From contig CT868656.1 in assembly GCA_000165425.1 (NCBI GenBank), forward strand, positions 62,001 through 126,000: a stretch of DNA of 64,000 bases, written 5' to 3'. Position 1 is the first letter of the stretch. Every line of letters starts with the position of its first letter. The DNA is from Paramecium tetraurelia (taxonomy: Eukaryota). The notes beneath the pieces were generated by a model. The model was not told where the DNA came from. It worked only from the letters and a program-made list of their open reading frames with translations, and ran no database searches. Made by a program: the position numbers and the translations under genes. Positions 54,842 to 64,000 of this stretch are shown here, piece by piece.

Positions 54842-55216
54842 TACTATTTTTATTTATTATTTTAAAATTGATAATTCAAAGTGTTTTATATAAATATGAT
54901 ATTATTAAAATGTTGAGAATTTTTAAATTTAAAATTTAAGTTATTGAAACAATAAATAGATACATAAGTGGTAGAAATAACTTCATAAATCAAAATTAGA
55001 AAATGTATAATATTTTTTATATTTATTTTATTTTTCCCATTAATTAACCTTTTTGTTGTTAAAATACTTAAGAAAATTCAAATCCAGACTAATTAATTAA
55101 AATGTCTACAAAAATAGGACTTATGGAAATTAATGATAAAATAATGATAGAATTCAATTCTATATTAATGAATAGATAATAATCATTTGATTTGATTATT
55201 TAATAAATTTAATATT

Positions 55217-56346
55217 ATGAGATAATAAATCCTTTTAACTTGTTCTTACGAAGACCATGAGAACAGTCCAATAATAGGAATTTGCACTAATTAAAATTGC
55301 AAACATAAAAGAACTTTTTGTATTGCTTGCAAACCTTAATTTCATATAAAACATTCAGATGATTTGGTTAGATTAAATGAATTCGATAGTTGGATTAAAA
55401 GTAGAAGATAATTGATTGAACCTGTAAATCAGCTTATTGATGAAGTTTAATCCTTTTAAAAATCTCTAAAGTGTTTAGTTGGTAATGTAGATTAAAAAAA
55501 TCAACCAGATCTTGAGACTTTAAATTGTTCAGAAATAGAGGAGTATATTAATTAATTAATTCTTCTCGAATAATCATAAGTTCGGTTGATTCCAAAGATT
55601 AGATAATTAATTACTTTCCAAGAGAAATTAAAAAAAGAGATTGAGAGTCTAATTTTAAATAAAGAATGTATTTAATATTCTATAAAAAGTAAGCGAGAAT
55701 GAATAGTTGACTATTCAAGAATTATGTTACTCATAACAACTAAATTCTACTTGTTTAATTAAAGATGATGAAATTAAAATAGAAGAGTACAAAGAAACTG
55801 ACAAATACACAAAAATTCAAATCAGATTTTCATAAGAACTAAAATACGAAGATATTACACTTACAAAAGATTAATTAATTGCTTAAGGTGATCTTTTTGC
55901 TCTTTGTGAACCAGTATTACCAATGAATCTTTCAACTAAGTTTGCTTTCAAATGCCATGAAAATGGGATTTATATTGGAGTTTGCAGAAAGGAATTAATT
56001 TAAAAGGCAAATTTTAATCCAAAATTAAATAAAATTGGACATGGGTAATATAAATTATAAATTTTAGAGCCTATTTAATTTTTTGTGATGGTTCTGTCTA
56101 CTCACATTTAGAAAAAGAAAAGAATTTAACTAACCAATCATTCAAGTATGCTAAGAATGACATCATTTAAGTTTTGGTATAAATAGCAGAATAGAAAATT
56201 ACTTGGATTAAATAGTCTACGAATGAAGAATTTGTAAAATATACAATTTATAATAGTCTATGAAATTAGAGGTCGCTGAAGATCTTTGTCCTTGTGTGCA
56301 ATTATGGGGAAAACCTGGCACTTAGGTTGAAATCGTTGATTTTTGA
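55217..56346 (+). CDS. Zn-finger (B-box-like) + coiled coil + SPRY-like protein
   Basis: CSYEDHENSPIIGIC..NC...FCIAC...H; C-terminal FALCEP, IYIGVC, GHGAYLIFCDGSVYSH, DII.V, LCPCV; three introns. Confidence 0.75.
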
Positions 56347-56438
56347 CTATTATTTGATTTATTTATAGAACATAGTAAATACATATGTCTCAATTTAATT
56401 TTTATTAAATTCTTATAACAATAATAATTAATTATAAT

Positions 56439-57295
56439 TCATTAATTGAAGCTTTCATCTATTTTGATACAAGTTTATTCTAATAATTTTAGAATACTCT
56501 CATGAGACCTTTCTTTTTGCTATCTTTCAGCTTATATTTCAAATTAGATTTTCTAATGTACTTCTTCGATCATAGAAAATATCTTTTTCTCAGTTTCCTC
56601 TCGAACAGATCTTTCTATAGACATCATTTCCTAAAATTTATTTAATTCTAAATCCATTTATTCTATTAAGTGAGCCTATGAGTCAGTTCTGATATATCAT
56701 ATAAAGAATACCTAGTTTATTGTTCATTTTCAACAGTATATCTTAGTTCTTTTAATTGATTGCCTACATCTCCTATTTATCTATTAAATTTATCATAATA
56801 GACTGAATTGTTTTTTTCAAGCATGCCATGAACTGTGTCAAATCTATCTTCTATTTATTTTAAAAGCTACATTTCCACTCTTCTCTTACTCTATTTTATT
56901 TTAATTGATATATGTACATTTTTTTCCTCATCCAATTATTTATTAATTAAATCTTCGAATTGTTGTAACTATTCTTAATATCTAACATAATGTTCTTTCC
57001 CAAACTTCTCATTATTGATTTGATCACTAAGTTTTAAAATTTATTCTTTGAGTGTCTATTCAATTATTGTATATTATACTTTAAACCTATCTTCATCCTT
57101 TATTTTATCGTAATTTAATAAACTGTCGATCTTTTGGAGAGATGCATCAATAATTTCTTTTTTTTCAAATTTATCTCTTTCCATTCCAGCCTTTAATTAA
57201 GTCCATTTATCTGCTAAAGCTTACATTTTTTAGAATGATGGTGATTCTGATCTTACTTATGAATTGCTCATTATCTAAGATGTTGAAAACTTCAT
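56439..57295 (-). CDS. SF-assemblin-like protein
   Basis: Coiled coil ending REETEKKIFSMIEEVHQKIQFEIQAERQQKERSHESILKLLEQTCIKID, the SF-assemblin C-terminal pattern. Confidence 0.75.
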
Positions 57296-57640
57296 TTCTT
57301 CTAAAATTTTAAATTAAAATTTTCTTTTGTTTGTTAGAATTATTATTAAAAAATAATCAATTAAAGTATAAATTTTGCTTTAAAAAAAATATAATTCATT
57401 CTGTAATTTACTATTTGGATTTAACTGACTATCCTATTGCAATTAGACTAGATATGATCAGTTAATAAGTTATCTAAAAATATTTGAATATAATTCATCA
57501 ATAAGAGTAATAATTAATTCAATTGGATTATTGATTTTAGATTATAACAACGAAGTACTTTTGACTCAAATTGTAAATTGTTTATATCAAAAATATATAT
57601 ATATAGTTATAAAATCAATAATTTTATTTTTTGAATTTGA

Positions 57641-58715
57641 ATGAATAAGACAAAAAACAATCATAGGAGATCATAGTCTAATAATGATTTCCAGTAGATC
57701 ATGTGTTCTAAAATAGCTGGATTGGTTGAATAAAATTCTCATAAAAATTTACTGAAAAACCAAAGCTTTGGTAATATGTTATTCCAAATCCCTGAATAAA
57801 CTGACATTGGTTCTTCAACAGAATAATCTCATCATTCTGAAAAGAAGAGCTGTATAACTGATAATTTGCTATCTAATAAAAAGAATTATTCATAAGACCA
57901 AAAAGAAAATCTAATAAACTCCAATTCTTGTAATAACATTATCTCATCAATTTAATATATGATTAAAAGTAGTCATCCTATAAAAGAAATAGCATAAAAA
58001 ACATTGAACAATGAAAGTTAAAGTAAAAAAAAGCAATTAAGTTTTACAAATGAATTGCAAAAGAAAAATAGCCAAATTCTCCATTAGCAAAATAAAATAG
58101 ATATCTCATCAAGTTTGACTCCAGATAGGAAAAAAATGGATAACAATAATAGTAAATAGAACAGTCACAAATAAAAATCAGCTTAATAATAGATAGACGG
58201 TCAAGAGAAATCAAAAATAGAATTGTCAAACTTTTTATTGAACAATTTATTAAAGGTGGACTAAAAAAAGAAAACTAATGTGGAACAATAGGATTCCTTT
58301 AGAAGAATTGAATTTCAAATGAATGAGATATAGAAAGACATTTCAAAAATAAAAAAAAGACAAGATGAATTAGATTTATTCAATAGAAACATATAGAATT
58401 AACTATTTGATTTTATTTCGGAAAGTAGAAAATATCAGGATGTAAGTGTTGTTTTAATATTTAGTATGGATATTAATCTCTCTAAAAACTCGAATAATTA
58501 GAACAAATCACCAGAAGAAATGAAGAATCAATAAAAATGCTTAAATAAAAATTATTGAACAATGACAATTAGTAGATTACTACTAAGTAACATGAAAATA
58601 ATATCAATTTTGGGTATAATAATTATATTTATGTCTTAGTAATATTTCCTCTTACAAACAAGAACTTGATATACAAAAAAAAATGTCTGATTTTAAGTAT
58701 ATCAAATACAATTGA
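57641..58715 (+). CDS. Hypothetical low-complexity/coiled-coil protein
   Basis: MNKTKNNHRRSQSNNDF...; two introns; TGA at 58713. Confidence 0.72.
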
Positions 58716-58825
58716 AACTTAATTCAATTTTGAATTTATAATTAAAATAATTATAGAATCTTTCCATTAAATGATTAAATCGATATTTTAAAAAATCTTA
58801 ATTAAAACCAGCAATAATAATTAAT

Positions 58826-60077
58826 TCATTTCTGGACTCTACTTAAGAGAGTGTTAGATCTTAAATATTTGTTCTCTGAATCCTCAACGGAAGTCTAAAA
58901 TCTTCTATTCAAGTCATTGAAGAAACTATGGTCTCTTTTTCTCTCTCCGTTGATTTCTTTACCTACGAATTAACTGGACTTGGTAGAATGAGCCTTATTG
59001 GTATCTTGAAGTATTTATTTCTTCAAAATCATATATTCTTCTAATATATTTTTAAGCCATTTCCAACATTCTTTCAAACTACAAAATAAACTAATATTTT
59101 ACCTTGGTTTAGCTTGGGCTTGACTCAAAGTGCAGTTCATCACCATGTCGACAATACATTCTACGAATTTATTCATCTGATGTTGATCATACTGATTCAA
59201 TTGGGGGGACTTTTCTCTCAACACTACCGACTTGTACTATTTACTAATGTTTTCTTTAGAATTCTTTCTGGATAATTAGACCTAGGAAGAATAGTCGTAA
59301 TGGATTACATCGTGCTATAGTTTATTAATGTAAGTCTCTTGGGATTGGATGTATTGTTGTAATTCATAAATTTTAGATTAATTTATTTAATCTTGTTCTT
59401 CAAATTTCAACTTTTATTACTATAAGCAAATGAATTAGAAAATACTTCATTAATTTATTCAGCTACTTTCTATTGATGTTGCTATTAGAATAACTTTTGT
59501 TCATATTCAAATATTTTGGTTTTTAAAGTAGAGTTTTCTTTTTCCAATTATCCAAGACTTTTCAAACTCTTGTGGTATTGCTGTTCGGATTAACTAATCT
59601 ACAACTCAAGATCTTCTATTTTTTAGAGGTGTCTTTTTGATGCTGAGTCTCTTTGCAATTAATTCATTGATTAATCTTCACTAATATTCAGATGAAATTT
59701 ACATCATCATTTGCTAATTCAACTTCAATTTCTCATTCTATTCTTACAACCATACTTAATAGTGCTCTAATTCTTCGATTCTTTTATCTTTCTCTCTCAA
59801 GATTTATAATAATTATTTATGTTCTTGACCTTAAACATCATCGATTTGAACTTGATTGCATTTTTTCAAGAACACATTCCCTTGATCTTTCTTGGTCTCA
59901 CAATAACTCTACAGTATTTAATAATTAAATTCATACTCCTTGGTCATTTGAGAATTTACTATAACTACATAATACATCCTCATCCGTTGTTAATCTAATT
60001 TATTTATCCCACGAATATTAACTGATAGACAAGAGCAGAGCCTAACTTAATTCTTGCTTCTCCGGAGTTTTTTGCAT
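58826..60077 (-). CDS. Coiled-coil hypothetical protein
   Basis: MQKTPEKQEL...; four introns; globular-looking C-terminal block FVECIVDMV...PSLKECWKWLKNILEEY. Confidence 0.75.
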
Positions 60078-60122
60078 ACTTATAATATTTATATTTGAAA
60101 ATTTAATAATTATTAACGTTTA

Positions 60123-61006
60123 TCATTTACCAAATCTATAGGGAATTTGAGAAAGCGAAGATCCTGATACCATTTCAGCCTTCTTATTTTGTAAACTTAA
60201 TTACACAATTTTAGAAAAATCAATATGCGTAGTTCCTTAATAATGAGAGTAAAAAAGTACTTGGAGAACAACTAAGCATTCTAGCCTATTCCTCTTCTCT
60301 TTAAGTTTAGCAATACATATTGATAGATTATTCATTTCTTTAATTGTTTTTTCTTAGACTATTTTCGAGTTCAATTTTTTGTATTTGCAACATTTAAACC
60401 TATCTACTATGTTGTAAATCCTTTTCCATCAACAACTTGATCTAATTTTGTGTTTATTCCATATATTTTATTTTTTCTTCCTTTGCGTAAATCAAAGCAC
60501 CTGACAACTCATTCAATTTAGATGACAACAAAGCAACCTCCCCTTTGAGCTTATTAGTTTCTGCATTCAAAGTAGCAATTTGAAGATCCTTGTCGACATT
60601 CTATTATTTCAATGACAAGACCAATTCGCTCAATTCTCTATATTGTTTTTCGAGTTCCTTCAACTCCTCATTCCCAGAATCTGTAGTATTCTTATGTGAA
60701 TTCAATTGTTCGGTCAAAGCAACCATCTAATTTCTCTCATTCTAGGTGTTCTCATTTTATATTTAATACATTAATTTATTCTTGTCTTGCTTCTTCTACA
60801 ATCAGAATTGCATTCATAATATCTTCAACGTCTGAATTGATGCCTAACTTCAGTATCTCTTCGAAGTCATCATTGAATGTTTTGGAGATCTGAATCCACA
60901 ACTTTAGCAAAGTTTGCTTGAAGTCCTCCTTCTCAGATTTAAGATTTTATATTTCATTCTAGAGTTCATGAAATGTAGAGTCATTTATATCAGGTGTAGT
61001 AATCAT
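60123..61006 (-). CDS. Coiled-coil hypothetical protein
   Basis: MITTPDINDSTFHELQNEI...; two introns (28 and 25 nt); ends IPYRFGK*. Confidence 0.75.
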
Positions 61007-61037
61007 TATTAACAAATATTAAATTTATTTTATTTCT

Positions 61038-61861
61038 TCATAACTGCTAAAACCGAGACTCCATTGGAAATTTTCCCTGGATTATCCTCTTTAGACGCTT
61101 CTTGGAATCCTGGTTCACACATAACATCGAGTAGTAGGCATTTTGCAGGAAGGATCGGCTTCTGTACTCTCTCACCTTTTGCTTATTCTGATGTTCATTC
61201 CCTTAAATAAGGGCCAATATTACGAACTTGTTTTATTTGACTATCGATCATCTCGATTTATTATTTCGATTATTCTTACAATTACGCACTCGCATTTTAC
61301 ATTATACTACTAATAGCCAATTGTCTATTCTTATTAATCATGTATAAACTGTAGGGTAACTTGACTCCGTTGAACATAAATGATGATTCTTGTTGTAAAT
61401 ATGCTGAAGTATTTAATTATTGCGTTTATTGTTAATTCTTGACCTTATGAAATGATTTTCTGTTAGAAATAAGAATAATTGATATACTTGTATTAAGAAT
61501 AACTCTTTTGTAAATCTGATAATTCCTTAAATTTCTCTTCTTTGCTTTTATTTAAGATGGGAATTTTGGGTGAAACCTCTAAACTGCTTAAACTGATCTT
61601 GCTTCCTTTTCTACTTTTTTTGGGGATCTCATGAAACGATTACTAAGTCATATGATGGTGTTAAACTTTAGGTTGATTTTGTCTTGTTGTCAAAAAGACA
61701 TCAGGTAATTGAAACGATTTTTGAGGTTGTTCTTCGAAATCAATTTTAAGTTATGGTTACCCATGAAGGGAATTGTTGTGGAATCGCCATTTAGATTTAA
61801 TGGCTTGTATGTTAGAATTGTCAGTCTCAGAGAGTTGAAAGTAATCGTCACAATGATTCAT
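61038..61861 (-). CDS. Hypothetical protein
   Basis: MNHCDDYFQLSETDN...; two introns; ends GKFPMESRFQQL*. Confidence 0.72.
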
Positions 61862-61897
61862 ATATAATTAATATTAGAAATTGTGAATAGATTTTCT

Positions 61898-62200
61898 TCA
61901 TGATTGAGCCATCTACTTCTTGCAATGAATAATTATATGCAAGTTATTTCGATGATAAGGATTCAGCTATAACTACTCATCAGATTTAGAGTAGCATGTT
62001 CTCATTTATTGAGTTGAAGTACATATTTCTCTTAGAGAAAAAGGGGACATGGCTTCTGATTCATTAGAACATCTATGGTCATAAGATTTGATATGATGTC
62101 TGACATTTTCAAAATAGTTTTATTGTTTCTGTGCAGGGTCAGTAATTTAGAGTTCCAATTTATCGAGATACTCATTGACTCTTTATTCAATCTAATTCAT
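61898..62200 (-). CDS. Small hypothetical protein (100 aa)
   Basis: ORF MNQIEQRVNEYLDKLELQITDP...MAQS*; no homology support. Confidence 0.45.
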
Positions 62201-62469
62201 ATCGAATTGTGAAAAAGATAAAGATATTAATGTTCATGAGAATGCGGTGACATTTTGGATAAATTCATAATTAAAGTACGAGGTATTTTCCTAATTTCAT
62301 ACTTATTAATATATCATAAATAAATTTGATTCAAAATCTAAATCAGATGAAGGTTTTCTTGTAGATTGGGCTGGTTGATAGGCCTCCAATACAGGATTGA
62401 TAATCAACCTGTAATCAAAATACTATAATAATTATTTCAATACTTATTGTAATACTTATAAATAGAAGG

Positions 62470-63003
62470 ATGAAAAAAAGGAACTACGAAGAGGACATCA
62501 GATTCAAGGCCAAATAGAGATGTTAGACTATATCTGAATGGGCATTTAAAACGATCGAATCTGAAAGAGTACAAGAAACAAGAGCCAAGTCATTATTTAG
62601 TGGATCCATTAGGATTCAAAATCAACTTATGTATTCTATCCAATAACCGTAAAAACAACCCAAAATAATAAGCTCCAAGAGCATTTTTAGAAAGAATCCA
62701 AGACTTGGTCTTTCTCAAAAGCCTACGTCATAGCAATCATCAAAAATTTACAGGAAATTGATAGACCCCAATTAAATAACAAGGTCACTTGATTATTCTG
62801 AATTAGAAGAGTCTTAAGCAAATACAAGCAAGAGGAGAGTCCCATAAAATTAAAGACTCAATCGATAATTTTAAGCAATCTATAATAAAATGAAATTAAT
62901 TTTGGATTCCTACAATTAAAGAGAAAGAGTACTTTTGAAGTAGATAGCTTCTTTGTAGGAGGAGATTATTTTTCTCAAATAAACTTAAAATTAAACAATT
63001 TGA
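62470..63003 (+). CDS. Hypothetical protein (177 aa)
   Basis: Uninterrupted ORF MKKRNYEEDIRFKAKQRC...; C-terminal coiled coil. Confidence 0.75.
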
Positions 63004-63054
63004 ATTTATTTATATTCTTCCTTATTTATTTATTTCACAACTTCGCGATTAATA

Positions 63055-64000
63055 ATGTCCGAAAGCGTCAAAAGGAATATCAAATCATTTACACCTTATG
63101 TAGCAAAACCCTCAGACATCCCCTCAGTAGAAGCATCCATGGATCCATTGAGGCAGTTTCGACCACTCCTAAAAGTCCAAACCTCACATGACCCTTAGGT
63201 CTAATAGATGTCAACAGATCAACCATTTTAAACAAACTTACTTTTCCACCCAACTTTTACTTCCTTTGATATTTCTTAAAGAGTTTCGTTGGATGGAACA
63301 AGTGAATACTTGCTCAATCACTCCAAAATTGGAGCTCCTCTAGTAAATAGCTCTCTTGATAGTAAATCAAGAGATAGACATGATGTCCTGCAATCCTAAA
63401 GTCGCTTTTTTGCCTCAATGATGCCCATCTTTTTCACTTCCCCAATGCAATCCTTTTACCCCTGTCTACCTCAGCAATGCCAAAGTGAAATGCCTCGTCA
63501 ATCTAATAATAGTCTTGATAAATAGACTAAAACCAATTCAATAAACACAGCCTAGCCATCTGTTGGTAAACCTCCCTCTTAAAACCAATAATAATAAGAT
63601 TAACCATAGAATCAACACAAGTGGTTAAAACACGTAAGCTCTTGTGAAAGTGTGTACATGAAGGAGGAGGAGAACATGTAGAATGAGGAGAAACAAACTA
63701 AAAATGAGTAAAATTTGACGAAGCGAATCAGGAAAAGAATACCAGTGGAAGAGAGTTCGGATTCCTATAAAGTCCACCGCAAGAAGAAGGGACCTAAAGT
63801 CAATGATACCAAGAATATCACGAAAAACTTTTCAAAAGCAATTATATCTTATATTCTGAATGATGAGCAATTAATTTAAAAGTTTATTACCAGCGAACAA
63901 TCCGATAGCTTCATTAGTATACTAAAGAATAAAAAGAATCAAATGACAAATATCAAACAACTCAGAGACTTATGGGTTGATAATGGAAGAAATCCTGAGT
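63055..64000 (+). CDS. Ciliate-type protein with 'TKNITKNFSKAII' domain (partial, runs off window)
   Basis: Open frame from MSESVKRNIKSF...; P/Q/S-rich N-terminus, basic HRKKKGPK, then a domain similar to that of 11218-11898. Confidence 0.8.

Noticed and set aside
60860..60900. Apparent frameshift in the 60123-61006 gene
   Set aside because: Recounting the A-run (TCC AAA ACA TTC AAT GAT) shows the frame is continuous.
61900..62090. Plus-strand ORF starting MIEPSTSC
   Set aside because: It stops early and no intron gives a convincing extension; the minus-strand ORF looks more protein-like.

Overview
Gene-dense, AT-rich ciliate somatic (macronuclear-type) DNA, almost certainly Paramecium (the cathepsin L and trichocyst matrix genes resemble P. 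tetraurelia proteins). The window uses the ciliate nuclear code (TAA/TAG = Gln, TGA the only stop) and has 20-30 nt GT..AG introns, so the supplied standard-code ORF track only gives fragments or wrong frames. I re-translated the window by hand and found about 40 genes. These include two SF-assemblin-like proteins, a MORN protein, a syntaxin, an M1/LTA4H aminopeptidase, a hybrid histidine kinase, a PFK homologue, the WDR78/IC138 dynein intermediate chain, a TTL-like protein, a trichocyst matrix protein (TMP), TLDc, UBE2K-like E2, Rpt5, a Rab, a large P-loop GTPase, KRR1, two tandem Bax-inhibitor-like genes, a peptidase S11-like protein, a poly-Q kinase, a cyclin, a TPR protein, cathepsin L and a SPRY protein, plus three decayed pseudogenes. 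The most notable observations are: (1) a PFK with every catalytic motif substituted and an N-terminal hydrophobic anchor, whose ATG lies 10 bp from the divergent dynein IC ATG; (2) a 55-bp IES-like insertion retained in a TMP pseudogene; (3) a candidate newly intronised exon segment that rescues a frameshift; (4) a frameshift that removes the Rpt5 HbYX tail; (5) a penicillin-binding-protein-like (S11) protein with CxxK in place of SxxK. I saw no rRNA, tRNA, CRISPR, transposase or telomeric array. Coordinates and intron calls are manual and unverified by RNA data.
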